Under the pieces are notes generated by a model, which saw nothing but the letters and a program-made list of their open reading frames with translations, was not told the origin of the DNA and did not search any database. Made by a program: the position numbers and the translations under genes. From positions 40,734-104,733 of the forward strand of contig JAHLWS010000038.1 of the NCBI GenBank assembly GCA_019057795.1: DNA of 64,000 nt, read 5' to 3'. Source of the DNA: Promethearchaeota archaeon. Its GTDB lineage: Archaea; Asgardarchaeota; Lokiarchaeia; Sigyniarchaeales; SOKP01. Of the stretch, positions 20,078-30,421 are shown piece after piece; position 1 is the first letter of the stretch, and each line of letters opens with the position of its first letter.

Positions 20078-21175
20078 TTATTGAATTTTATAGCTTGATT
20101 TTTTCATTTTACTCTTATAATCTTTATGATATAGACGTTGATGTTTGATAGGCATCTTCTCAAACTCTTCTGTTGCTTTATCTGGAGGAAACACTTCAAG
20201 ATTACCCTCTTCTCTTTGAATGACGCATCCAGAATTAACCAATATTTTGTATCGTTGAGCTGTTTCTTTTGGATTGCCGGCACAAACAAGTTGGCAATTT
20301 GCACAAGTGAGTTGAATATTACTCTTTCCACCATAAGATGCAGGTTGATATCCGCTTGAGCAATCTTTAATGGGAGGTCTTTTCCTTTGACTTGACATTG
20401 CGAGAGACATAAGGCGTGCTACTTCTTTATCGTTTTCGGGGTAATCATACCGTCCAGGAGACCACGTTGAAAACTTACCTGACGGATGTAATCCATTAGA
20501 TCCGCCACATGTAAGAAAACAGCGCATTTTATTCATCCTCTTGGAGTAACTAAATGTATTACCCCCTATTGTTACAGTAGTTTCTTCTGTAGGTGAGAAC
20601 ATTTGATAAGCACAGACTTTTGTGCAGATTTTACACTCATCACAAAATGATTCTGAATCAGGTAAAGGGTCTGTTGGTTCAAGTTTGGCATCAGTAATGA
20701 TTCCTCCTAGAATAATGGCAGTTCCATGCTCCTTTGTGCCAACATTCCCTGACCAACCAAACGATGCCACTCCAGTTCGAACGGCCAGATATCTTAACGA
20801 AAGCTCGGGGGGTAAGGTAACTTGCCATCCCGGGATATCCGTTCGATAGTGGTTATTCGGAATAACGGATATTGCTTTATAGCCCTGCTCAATCAACCAA
20901 TGTTTAACGCGTTGAGCCGCTCTCCAAATTATATAATGAATTTCTAAATTTTCTTCTTCGTGAATTCCACGTATGGACGGATCTTCTTTTCCTAAATATT
21001 TTAAAATCATCTCTTTATCAAAGGGCAAGTAAAAACTTATCGCTGACTGAGCTTCGGGAAGTAAATAAGTGATATCGGCCCCTGTTGGTCCACCTGTCAT
21101 TGTTTCTTTAGTAGCAAATCCGACTTTTTTTGCTCCACCCTCGAATAACATATCTTTAATATTTTGTTCTAACAT
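20078..21175 (-). CDS. Epoxyqueuosine reductase (QueG)/reductive dehalogenase-like Fe-S protein
   Basis: LAVRTGVASFGWSGN, CDECKICTKVC, later CxxxC and CANCQLVC. Confidence 0.75.
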   Translation of the reverse strand: MLEQNIKDMLFEGGAKKVGFATKETMTGGPTGADITYLLPEAQSAISFYLPFDKEMILKYLGKEDPSIRGIHEEENLEIHYIIWRAAQRVKHWLIEQGYKAISVIPNNHYRTDIPGWQVTLPPELSLRYLAVRTGVASFGWSGNVGTKEHGTAIILGGIITDAKLEPTDPLPDSESFCDECKICTKVCAYQMFSPTEETTVTIGGNTFSYSKRMNKMRCFLTCGGSNGLHPSGKFSTWSPGRYDYPENDKEVARLMSLAMSSQRKRPPIKDCSSGYQPASYGGKSNIQLTCANCQLVCAGNPKETAQRYKILVNSGCVIQREEGNLEVFPPDKATEEFEKMPIKHQRLYHKDYKSKMKKSSYKIQ

Positions 21176-21264
21176 AATAAATTACCACCTATATATGTTT
21201 CATCAATACTTAATTTAAAATTATTCAAGTTTAGTGATTAGAAATTTCAGAATAATCCAAGGTA

Positions 21265-22155
21265 TTATTTTTTTGCTGGTGATGCATAACAATAATCACA
21301 ATTATGTTTGCACCGAAAAATACCTGTATATCCACCGATATCTTTAGATTTAAAACACCCGCAACCTTTTCTTTGTCCTGTATCTTTTACTTTTGAAATT
21401 TTTTCCCCTATGATTTGTTCGATTTTATTAGCGTCAACGCAGTGAGCTTGTTCTATGCCATTAATTTCAAGTAACCCCGGTTGGCAACAAGCTCTCATCT
21501 GCATTTCATGTTTATTGCAAATTTTCAATAATTTATTGAGAATTTCTTTCTTTTTACTAAAAGGGGGATCAAGTGGGATAAATCCTCTTGCTTTCATTCG
21601 ATTGTTTACTTTTGTATAAATTGTAGCGAAGGAAAATATCATTTCTTTCAACCCAAGAGCAGAAACTTTTTCTATTATATATTCAAATTTGTCTAGGTTA
21701 CTTTTTATTCTATTTTCATCCTTCTTTTTGTAAATGATTATAGGATCAAATCTAAAACTTACAGAAGTCAAACCAAATTCATCGATTATCCATTTTAATT
21801 GGTCAAATCTCTCTTCTAAGGAGATACCCAGATTTTGCTCTAATTCAGAAGGTGAATTAATCGTAAACTGAAAGTAATGTCCCCTATAAGATTTAAAAAC
21901 TTGAGTGTTTCTTTCATAGTTTTTGATCCATCCTTCAAAATTTTTACTCCACCACACCCAACATCTTACATCCTTGGGTTTCAACGAAACTCGAGACATT
22001 TGTTTTCGATTAAATGGATTAACCACATCCACATAACCGATCTGGATTCTATCGATTACCCAATCCATTAAAAAAGCGGGAATATCTGTTCTACGAGAAC
22101 AAGAAATTATTGGAGATTTAACAATTTTCATTAAATCATTTGAATTTTTAACCAT
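21265..22155 (-). CDS. DUF1848 family protein (SPL-like)
   Basis: IISCSRRTDIPAF, RFDPI, QRxxCGC..SKDIG, CxHxCxYCYA. Confidence 0.9.
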   Translation of the reverse strand: MVKNSNDLMKIVKSPIISCSRRTDIPAFLMDWVIDRIQIGYVDVVNPFNRKQMSRVSLKPKDVRCWVWWSKNFEGWIKNYERNTQVFKSYRGHYFQFTINSPSELEQNLGISLEERFDQLKWIIDEFGLTSVSFRFDPIIIYKKKDENRIKSNLDKFEYIIEKVSALGLKEMIFSFATIYTKVNNRMKARGFIPLDPPFSKKKEILNKLLKICNKHEMQMRACCQPGLLEINGIEQAHCVDANKIEQIIGEKISKVKDTGQRKGCGCFKSKDIGGYTGIFRCKHNCDYCYASPAKK

Positions 22156-22348
22156 TCTATCCTTAACTTCTCTGAAATTATATTAATACTCCAACCAGAT
22201 AGGACAAAGTTCCTATTTGCATTATTACAAAAATAAGTTTTCTTAACTTTAAGGTATTTTCTTTTGATTGATTTTTTAATAATGAAACTGATAGAAAAAC
22301 ATATGAAATTACGGGTATTAGAATAAGTAATTTTTGATAAATTAGGCG

Positions 22349-23980
22349 CTATTTCCCCGATAAATATAAAATCATTGCTGAAACAAATAAATCATTTTTC
22401 TCGTTCATAGATAATTGCTCATCTATGCTTTGCAAACCATCAAGTGAAACTTTGAACTTTCTGAAGAGTAATTCATCAAAGATCATTATATGAGGATTTG
22501 AAAATACCGCGCCGTTTTTTGTTTCTTTTCGTAGCAGTTTTCTAAATTCAGGATCTAGCCAGATTCTAAAAGGACCAGGGCTATGTTCTGCTTTATGTTT
22601 TATGTTGAATTTATTTTTAAGATTAATAATAACATCAAAGACAGTTTCGCATATTAGTTTCAAATTTTTTTCTTTTTCTTTGTAGAAATACTGAATCGGG
22701 ACTGGTAAGCGCATATGTAATAGTAATCCTTGACCCTTCCGAAAGTTTATGTGACCGTATCCAAAAATTACTTTATGGAACCCGTGCTTTATAAATAGTT
22801 CATTTATAGTCTCAATAATATCTGGTAAGTTTTTTGGTTCGCTTAAGATATCTTCAAACCCTGGAAATGCGATATAATCGGTAGATTTGTCTTCAGTTTG
22901 GATTATTAAAGCAAAGGAAGAACGTTCTTGGAGATAATCTTGAAATTCTTCTTCGGTTAATATTTTCCAAGAACAATCAGCCTGCCGTTTCATTACATCA
23001 ATAAATTTATCAACACTATTCTTTGATCCTTCAATAAGGGCCGCCCATTTCACCTTTTTATTCTTTTTGCTTTCTCCCCCAAGTTCGCTAAACTTTCCAG
23101 GAAGTTTTTCATCTGAAATTACAAATTCACTAACTAAGGGAAAAATCTTAGAATCTAAAACTGATTGCAAACCCTTAAACGCTAAATTTAAATTATATCC
23201 ATATATAATAGCTTGTTTTAAATTAGTTTCAGGACGATATAATCGAAATACAGCGCTCAATATTACGCCAAAATAGCCGTTTCCAGCGATAATCTTCATG
23301 AAAAGAGGATGATCTTTATCAATCTCAACGATCGTTCCGTTTGGCCTCATGACACGAATTTTCTCGACCCAATTTTCAACTGAACCCAATTTTCCTGAAG
23401 TTACCCCGCTTGCATTCGTAGCAATTAATCCTCCTACTCTTACAGGTAGCTTTAAAGCACTTGCTGGTTGAACGGGAAAAATAAATTCCTTTTTGCTTTC
23501 AAATAGAGTATATTTAATTAGATCTGATACTAAAACATTTTGATTAGACCGAACACTACTTTTTTTTAAATCGAGTTTAATTGGTTCCTTATAGGAGCTA
23601 AAATCAACCATATCAACAATAATACCAAAATTTCCATAACTTCCAGAAAGGCCCGTCTTTCCTCCAGCAAAGGTTAATGGAATCTTAAATTTCTGAGAAT
23701 TTTTTACTATAACTCGTAGTTGTGTCTCTACTTTAGGTCTAAACAGAACGTAAGGTCTTAAGTGCAGATGTGAGGTATCTCGAATAACGCTAGCTTGTAT
23801 TGGATCTCCAACAAGCATCACATAACCGGATTGAAAGAGTTTGTAATATTTATTACTTTTTGATATTTTGGAGACCATTATGGAACTTAATTTAATAAAG
23901 CCATCTCTTTCCATATTATTTAGAAACTTCTCCCAAGGTAGTTTATCTTGAAGGTTTTTGATCAAAGAATTTTTTTCCAT
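22349..23980 (-). CDS. FAD-linked oxidase (GlcD/D-lactate dehydrogenase-like)
   Basis: GGKTGLSG, VGGLIATNASG, GxxGVI, GH..H, AEH. Confidence 0.8.
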   Translation of the reverse strand: MEKNSLIKNLQDKLPWEKFLNNMERDGFIKLSSIMVSKISKSNKYYKLFQSGYVMLVGDPIQASVIRDTSHLHLRPYVLFRPKVETQLRVIVKNSQKFKIPLTFAGGKTGLSGSYGNFGIIVDMVDFSSYKEPIKLDLKKSSVRSNQNVLVSDLIKYTLFESKKEFIFPVQPASALKLPVRVGGLIATNASGVTSGKLGSVENWVEKIRVMRPNGTIVEIDKDHPLFMKIIAGNGYFGVILSAVFRLYRPETNLKQAIIYGYNLNLAFKGLQSVLDSKIFPLVSEFVISDEKLPGKFSELGGESKKNKKVKWAALIEGSKNSVDKFIDVMKRQADCSWKILTEEEFQDYLQERSSFALIIQTEDKSTDYIAFPGFEDILSEPKNLPDIIETINELFIKHGFHKVIFGYGHINFRKGQGLLLHMRLPVPIQYFYKEKEKNLKLICETVFDVIINLKNKFNIKHKAEHSPGPFRIWLDPEFRKLLRKETKNGAVFSNPHIMIFDELLFRKFKVSLDGLQSIDEQLSMNEKNDLFVSAMILYLSGK

Positions 23981-23994
23981 ACTAAGTCAAATCT

Positions 23995-24879
23995 CTATTT
24001 AATTTCCTCGATGTGAGCTTGCCTTTTTCCTAAAATAAAGGAACTTATTAAGATTAGAATACTTGCTATCATAAATAATATTATCGAAAAGATACTTGGT
24101 GGAATCTTAAAAAAAATTAAAAAATAGACAATTGCAGGAGTAATCTGTTGTGGTACATTTTGAATAGGGACTAAATTACTTGCTTGCCCATGGTGTAATG
24201 CTTCAGCCATTTTAGTAACAGCAAAAATGTTCGTAAGAACAAGCATAAATGATGATACTATGAATAAAATTAATTCTCCGATATTAAATGTACCACTAAA
24301 TATATGTGTTATTACAGCCATTAATGGACTTATCCAAAAGCTCGAGAGTGAAAACATCAAACCAGATATTAGCGCAAACAATATACCTCTGATGTCTCCA
24401 TATTTTTTTTGGAATATTTGAAAGACTATTGCAAGAAAAACTAAGGCACATGTGTAAATCGCCATTCTTATAATGAATTCTAAATTCAATAAGTTAATTT
24501 CGGAAATCTCAATTGAGAGTTCACTTAATCCAATTAAGGTTATGGCAAATATCATCATTGCAATTGCTATTATTTCTAAAGTAGCTAGTTTCTCCCCAAT
24601 TATTTTAGTGGAACCTAATACTAAAATTACCAATCCAGAAGCTATTAAGCCAGGAATTAACACTGGTCCGATTAAAACCTGAGCTATCATATAAAATATT
24701 GTACCTACACCAAATCGTAAAAAAAGTGCAAATAACCACAGCGGAGTTCTTACTAAATTTTTCATTAATTTAACATCAGGAGGTATTTTGTTTATAATAG
24801 ACTTTTCAATTAGTAAACCAGTATAATGTGAAACCCCAGAAAATATTGCCAGCAAAACTCCTAACCAATATGCTTCCAT
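23995..24879 (-). CDS. DMT-superfamily (NIPA-like) membrane transporter
   Basis: About 9 TM segments, IGEKL..EI, ALxxGQAxxxVP. Confidence 0.65.
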   Translation of the reverse strand: MEAYWLGVLLAIFSGVSHYTGLLIEKSIINKIPPDVKLMKNLVRTPLWLFALFLRFGVGTIFYMIAQVLIGPVLIPGLIASGLVILVLGSTKIIGEKLATLEIIAIAMMIFAITLIGLSELSIEISEINLLNLEFIIRMAIYTCALVFLAIVFQIFQKKYGDIRGILFALISGLMFSLSSFWISPLMAVITHIFSGTFNIGELILFIVSSFMLVLTNIFAVTKMAEALHHGQASNLVPIQNVPQQITPAIVYFLIFFKIPPSIFSIILFMIASILILISSFILGKRQAHIEEIK

Positions 24880-25041
24880 TTTTATTAAACTTTAATAATT
24901 AAAGTAATATACTACGGATAAGTGATTTTAATTTGTCTTTCAATATTAATAAAGAATTAGTAAAAGATTCATAATGCTAGATCTAATATTCCTTTAATAT
25001 ACTAATTTAATTTTTTAAACATTGTAATATTTAAGATTAAT

Positions 25042-26067
25042 ATGATCCCGTCTATTGAATGGACTTATGACAATAAAGTGAAAATGATCGATCAAACTCA
25101 ATTACCGCATAAACTTGAGTTTTTAGAGTTTGAGGATTATAGAGATGTGGCAAAATCTATTAAAGTCATGAACATTAGAGGCGCCCCCGCTATTGGAGTT
25201 GCCGCAGCAATGGGAATGGCGTTAGCTACAATAGAATATAAAGCGTTTCCTAAAGATACATTCCTTAAAAAAATGGAAGAAGCTGCTGATGTATTACGCA
25301 GTACAAGACCTACAGCATCTAACCTTTTTTGGGCAGTAAATAGAATTTGGGAAATATTAAGTTCTTTTCCAGACAACCCTTCAAATATTTCGGAACTTGT
25401 CATCGAAGAAGCTAAATTAATGGCTCAGGAAGATGTTAACGTTAACAAAAATATTGGTAAAAACGGTGCTGCTTTATTAGAAGATGGCGATGTTGTTTTA
25501 ACACATTGCAATGCAGGTTCTTTGGCTACGGTTCAATATGGTACGGCATTAGCACCTATTAGAACTGCAATCGAAAATGGTAAAGAAATTAGCGTGATTG
25601 CTGATGAAACGAGACCAAGATTACAAGGAGCTAGATTAACGGCTTATGAACTTCAATACGATAAAATTCCTGTAAAAGTGATTTCTGATACATCTTCAGG
25701 TCTATTAATGAGGCTTGGAAAAATAAACAAAGTAATTGTAGGGACGGATAGAGTAACTTCAGACGCAGTTTTTAATAAAATTGGAACGTACTTGGTCGCT
25801 TTAGCCGCGTACGATAATAAAATACCTTTTTATGTTGCGGCTCCAACTTCCACATTATCTCTGCATGAGACCGTTGACGATGTTACTATTGAGCAAAGAG
25901 ATAGTAGTGAAGTAAAAAACATACTTGGGAAGGTGCAAATCGTCCCAGATGGTGTAGAGTGCTTAAATTACGCGTTCGACATCACTCCCTTTAGATTAGT
26001 AACCGGTATTATTACAGAAGATGGCGTTTTTACGCCTGAAAAATTATTAAAAAAATATAAGAGTTAA
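25042..26067 (+). CDS. mtnA: S-methyl-5-thioribose-1-phosphate isomerase
   Basis: DQTQLP, IRGAPAIG, TRPTA, LTHCNAGSLAT, ETRPRLQGARLT, NKIGT. Confidence 0.9.
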   Translation: MIPSIEWTYDNKVKMIDQTQLPHKLEFLEFEDYRDVAKSIKVMNIRGAPAIGVAAAMGMALATIEYKAFPKDTFLKKMEEAADVLRSTRPTASNLFWAVNRIWEILSSFPDNPSNISELVIEEAKLMAQEDVNVNKNIGKNGAALLEDGDVVLTHCNAGSLATVQYGTALAPIRTAIENGKEISVIADETRPRLQGARLTAYELQYDKIPVKVISDTSSGLLMRLGKINKVIVGTDRVTSDAVFNKIGTYLVALAAYDNKIPFYVAAPTSTLSLHETVDDVTIEQRDSSEVKNILGKVQIVPDGVECLNYAFDITPFRLVTGIITEDGVFTPEKLLKKYKS

Positions 26068-26116
26068 CTTTAAGAACATTATAGAAACACTAAAGAGCTA
26101 TAAAAATTTAGTAATA

Positions 26117-26374
26117 TTGATAAAAATGAAGCTTAATGAGAACGAAAAAGATACGCTTTTTAAGTTGTTTCTCTTTACAGTAACAGAATTATTTTGTATA
26201 AGTATTTACATAATCATTTCTGCACTCTCAGGAGATTTTAATTGGACAGTTGAAAGGTTAACATCTTCTTTTGGAGGGGCGGTTATTCAACTTCTCCAAC
26301 TAATTATACTGATTAATGGAGTAATTATCTTTATGTATGTCGCTATATTTTTAATATTACTCGTAAAAAACTAA
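26117..26374 (+). CDS. Small two-TM membrane protein
   Basis: Two hydrophobic segments. Confidence 0.6.
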   Translation: MIKMKLNENEKDTLFKLFLFTVTELFCISIYIIISALSGDFNWTVERLTSSFGGAVIQLLQLIILINGVIIFMYVAIFLILLVKN

Positions 26375-26386
26375 TTTTCTCGTCTC

Positions 26387-27385
26387 TTAATTATCAAAAA
26401 TCTGTTCGAAAATACCTCGTAATTCATCCAAAGTTTTTGCTTTAGAAATTTTTATCCTAATGTTGGTTGAGGTTTGAATGTTTTTAGTTAGCCATATCGA
26501 ATTTCTTTTTAATTCCATAAATTTATATCTTTCAATAGGATATGGAAACTCGATATTCTCCTCTATATAGTTATTTATGCATTGTTCGTAAAGATCAATA
26601 TGTTTTTTCATTTTAATTAAATTATTATTAAAAACCAGTTCTACTCCTTCTTTTAAGTATTTATGAATTTGATGAAAAATTTCAGGATTTCCCATAGTTC
26701 CTCTCCCAATCATAATAGCATCAACTTTTGTAAAATCTAAAAACCTTTTCGCAGATTGAGGACTGTTAATGCTTCCATTTCCAACTACAGGTATTTTTAA
26801 TAAATCTTTTAATTTTTTAACGGCTTTTAAATTAAGAGCGGTGTCATCGAATCGATCTTTTACCGTTCTTCCATGAATTGTGATGAAATCAATACTCGAT
26901 TTATTAACAATCTTCGCTAAATTATCGATATTATCTGAATTTTTGAACCCGGTTCTAACCTTTAAGGAAACTAGATGTGAGGAGTATTTTGTAGCAACTT
27001 TAATTAAACTACTTAATTTTTTCAAGTCATTAAGTAGATATCCTCCTTCTTTTGCCTTAATTGCTCTTTTAGATGGACAGCCCGCGTTTATATCCAAAAC
27101 ATCAAATTGATAGCTCTCAAGAAAATCAATTGATTCTCTTAAAGCTATTGGATCGGAACCAATTAACTGCACGCTTATAGGCCTCTCCTTCTCAATTTTG
27201 TATAAATTACTTAATATGGAGCGAGGATTATTTTGAATTCTTTTGGTGTAAAGCATTGGAACACTTACTAATCCTATTTTACCAAATTTTCTACAAAACT
27301 GCCTGTACGGTGCCGTAGTCACTTCTTGCAGTGGTGCCAATAAAAGGTTATTTTCTAAAACAAGCGTTCCTAATTTCATTTTCAA
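26387..27385 (-). CDS. dus: tRNA-dihydrouridine synthase
   Basis: LAP, VQLIG, DINAGCP, KVRTG, IHGRT, VGNG, MIGRG. Confidence 0.92.
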   Translation of the reverse strand: MKMKLGTLVLENNLLLAPLQEVTTAPYRQFCRKFGKIGLVSVPMLYTKRIQNNPRSILSNLYKIEKERPISVQLIGSDPIALRESIDFLESYQFDVLDINAGCPSKRAIKAKEGGYLLNDLKKLSSLIKVATKYSSHLVSLKVRTGFKNSDNIDNLAKIVNKSSIDFITIHGRTVKDRFDDTALNLKAVKKLKDLLKIPVVGNGSINSPQSAKRFLDFTKVDAIMIGRGTMGNPEIFHQIHKYLKEGVELVFNNNLIKMKKHIDLYEQCINNYIEENIEFPYPIERYKFMELKRNSIWLTKNIQTSTNIRIKISKAKTLDELRGIFEQIFDN

Positions 27386-27494
27386 GTAAATTATTTTTTA
27401 TTAAACTTTTATATTCAATAACCAAGAAATTTTTAAAAAACTTCATTTTATCTTATTTAGATCAATTTCTATTATATTTTAAAATCTTTTTAGA

Positions 27495-28013
27495 GTGAAA
27501 AAATTTATCATGTCAAAAAATATTAAAAAATATGTCTTCAAGTCAAAACCAAAAGAAATTACATACATTGACGGTGAACCCTTAAAATTAAGCAAAGAAT
27601 TCAGCTTTTTTCATAATAAAATTAAATTCAGGAAAGAATTAACTCGACTTCAAAACTTTTTTAAAGATTTTGCTAAAATCGCGCTCCAAGCTTCGGGAAT
27701 AAGGGATTCTTATTTAAAAGAAGAGTATTCAGAAAACTTTCTACTAGTTATTTTTACTACAAATCAAATTATAAAACAAGCCGATCTAATTCTTGAACCG
27801 CACAAAAATCTCGAACTCAGTCCAGGATGCTTCTATCTTGAATCTAACTCGGAATCAATGCTTTTATTAGCAAAGGATATGGAAGGGTTATCATTTGGCG
27901 TAGATACAATGGAAGAAATTTTTTCTCAAACATTTGAAATTTATTTCGAACAAAAGAATTTTGACGAATATTTAAAAATTAGACCGTTTAACCTCTTCAA
28001 TTGTATTAAATAA
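27495..28013 (+). CDS. Stand-alone GH20 N-terminal (zincin-like) domain protein
   Basis: P/KPKEI start; G.F.L....LLA.D..GL.FGV.T pattern; no catalytic barrel. Confidence 0.55.
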   Translation: MKKFIMSKNIKKYVFKSKPKEITYIDGEPLKLSKEFSFFHNKIKFRKELTRLQNFFKDFAKIALQASGIRDSYLKEEYSENFLLVIFTTNQIIKQADLILEPHKNLELSPGCFYLESNSESMLLLAKDMEGLSFGVDTMEEIFSQTFEIYFEQKNFDEYLKIRPFNLFNCIK

Positions 28014-28083
28014 CCTAATCTCTTCTCATTTTTATATTAAAATTTGTTAAGCTCTCTCAGACATTAGAAAAAAAAAGATATTT

Positions 28084-29805
28084 TTAACTTATAAATTTCC
28101 AAGGTTTTTGTTTTTTAAGTTTGTAGCTCTTTTTCGCGTACTCTTGCATCATCCTATTAGTGTTAAAGAAAGCTGCGAGAGAAATAGCGTTTTTACTTTT
28201 GAACAACCACTCGTCATGGTTCAAATAAGTTGGTATAATTTCGTTCTCTAGCGTTTCATATAATGCGTTTGAATCAATCTCCCAACTATTTGAGACTCCT
28301 GGATCGTCGGGATTTGAATCGTTAGGGCCAATTGACCATCCGGCCATAGAGTTCATGCGAAATCCTTCCAACCACCAACCATCTTGAACGCTAAAGTTTA
28401 AAACGCCATTCAATGCGGCTTTCATGCCGCTTGTACCACTTGCTTCGCGATATCTTTCGGGCGTATTGAGCCAAATATCACACCCAGATACCATCATATG
28501 AGCTAAATCCATGTTATAATTTTCCATCATTACAATTTTAACACCATAATTGTCGTAAAGGTATTCGCCTTTTTCGTGGATTTTTTTGATATAATCTTTT
28601 CCCATCGTGTCCTTAGGGTGAGCTTTTCCTGCAAAAATGAATTGAATCTTATCTTGGCAGATTTTACCTAACCGCTCGATATCGTGGAAGATTAAAGTAG
28701 CCCTTTTGTACGTAGCAAATCTTCTAGCGAAACCAATTGTAATTAATTCTTCATCCAGTAAGTTCCAACTATGACCTTTCTGATAACTAATTAGATTGAA
28801 CTTATTTTCAATGTGCGCATCAAAAATATCTAAATCGTCTAATTCAATTGCGTTTTGAAGTATCGAAGGTTTTGCCTTCCAATTTGGCCATTTTTTGTCA
28901 AATATCTGGCGAAATGGCTGGCTAACCCAAAAAGGTAAATGTATACCATTAGTAATTGAATCAACCTCGTATTGAGGAAACATTTTCCGTGAAATTTGGC
29001 CGTGTTTTTTGGCAACTCCATTTCTATATCTAGAAAGCTCCATTCCTAGAAATGTCATATTAAATTGACCCTTATCGTCAGCAATTTTTCGAATTTCAGA
29101 AGGCATTCTATCTTTAAATACCTTATTAACTAAATCTTGATTAAATCGATCGTGACCTGCCGGAACTGGTGTGTGAGTAGTAAACACAACTTTTTCTCTA
29201 ACCTTATCAAGATCGCCACTTAACATATTGTAAAGCTCTACTATTGAGAAAGAGCCGTGTCCTTCGTTTAGATGGTATGTTTTAATGTTATTAAAACCCA
29301 ATGAATTTAAGAGTTTTACGCCACCAATGCCTAATATCATTTCTTGTACGATTCTGTTCCATCGAGATGTGGAATCATAGAGAGAACCTGTCATTTTTTT
29401 CATCCAATCTTCGTTTCCCTCAATGTCAGTAGTTAACAAATAAATTGGTAAAATGTGACCGGATTGACCTATAACGCGATAAAGCCATGCAGAAACTAAC
29501 ACTTCTTTATTTTCTATTTTTATTTTAATTGGTTTTTCAACTTTTTCAAACTCGTAAAAAAAATTCCAGCCGATGGCGCGTTCTTTTTGATCGCCAAATT
29601 CGTTAAAAAATTGATAAAAATAACCTGAACTATAACATAAACACAATCCAACCATAGGAAGCTCTAAATCTGCCGCTGCTCTTACAGTATCTCCAGATAA
29701 AACCCCTAAACCACCGCTATAAGTTGGAATATTCGAATCAATTGCAATCTCCATGCTGATATAGGCAACTTGCGTACTATTTTTCAAATCATTGTTAATT
29801 TCCAT
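28084..29805 (-). CDS. glgP: Alpha-glucan phosphorylase
   Basis: YSGGLGVL, HLNEGH, TTHTPVPAGHD, ARRFATYKR, EASGTSGMK. Confidence 0.95.
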   Translation of the reverse strand: MEINNDLKNSTQVAYISMEIAIDSNIPTYSGGLGVLSGDTVRAAADLELPMVGLCLCYSSGYFYQFFNEFGDQKERAIGWNFFYEFEKVEKPIKIKIENKEVLVSAWLYRVIGQSGHILPIYLLTTDIEGNEDWMKKMTGSLYDSTSRWNRIVQEMILGIGGVKLLNSLGFNNIKTYHLNEGHGSFSIVELYNMLSGDLDKVREKVVFTTHTPVPAGHDRFNQDLVNKVFKDRMPSEIRKIADDKGQFNMTFLGMELSRYRNGVAKKHGQISRKMFPQYEVDSITNGIHLPFWVSQPFRQIFDKKWPNWKAKPSILQNAIELDDLDIFDAHIENKFNLISYQKGHSWNLLDEELITIGFARRFATYKRATLIFHDIERLGKICQDKIQFIFAGKAHPKDTMGKDYIKKIHEKGEYLYDNYGVKIVMMENYNMDLAHMMVSGCDIWLNTPERYREASGTSGMKAALNGVLNFSVQDGWWLEGFRMNSMAGWSIGPNDSNPDDPGVSNSWEIDSNALYETLENEIIPTYLNHDEWLFKSKNAISLAAFFNTNRMMQEYAKKSYKLKKQKPWKFIS

Positions 29806-29936
29806 TATTCAACACTTCATTATTGAGTTTTGAGTTTCTTAAGAAATTAATAATATAAATATATATATATTAGTTTTAAAATTCTTATTTTAAATTCTTA
29901 TGTTAAAATGAATATATAAATAATTTTAAAATAAGT

Positions 29937-30308
29937 CTAATCAGAATCAAGTTTCAATTCAGGATTTTCAAGAGAAACCTTTTTAGAAATACCGTAATTA
30001 TCCCATTTATCAATATCTAACTCGTTTAACTTATTAATTAATTCCTTGCTTTCAAAATTAGGAATTTGATTTATGAGGTTTGGCGTTGGTAATCGGTTTA
30101 TCAAATTTGGTTGTAATAATTTATTACTTTTAACTAAATATTCTTCAGTTCTATTTTTATTATTAATATAATTCTTAAAAAACGGATTTTCTGGTCTTAA
30201 ATTTTCGATTTTTGCCGCCTTAATGTTAATTGGACTTCGAGGAACTGTAGATTTCGTCATTCGGCAAATTGGACAATTGATAATATCAAGACCGTGTATA
30301 CAAGGCAA
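29937..30308 (-). CDS. Hypothetical protein with N-terminal Cys/His motif (CxH...CxxC)
   Basis: PCIHGLDIINCPIC; TTG start. Confidence 0.6.
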   Translation of the reverse strand: MPCIHGLDIINCPICRMTKSTVPRSPINIKAAKIENLRPENPFFKNYINNKNRTEEYLVKSNKLLQPNLINRLPTPNLINQIPNFESKELINKLNELDIDKWDNYGISKKVSLENPELKLDSD

Positions 30309-30421
30309 AAAATATCACTTCAATATTTATTTAAATCTGAATTGTTTAAATTAATTTTATCTTATATTTTTTATTATAATTAATTATAATTAATTATGAA
30401 TGCTTTTTTAGGGGATTATAT

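Noticed and set aside
25042-26067. eIF2B subunit or ribose-1,5-bisphosphate isomerase call
   Set aside because: DQxxLP, HCNAGSLAT and QGARLT motifs favour MtnA
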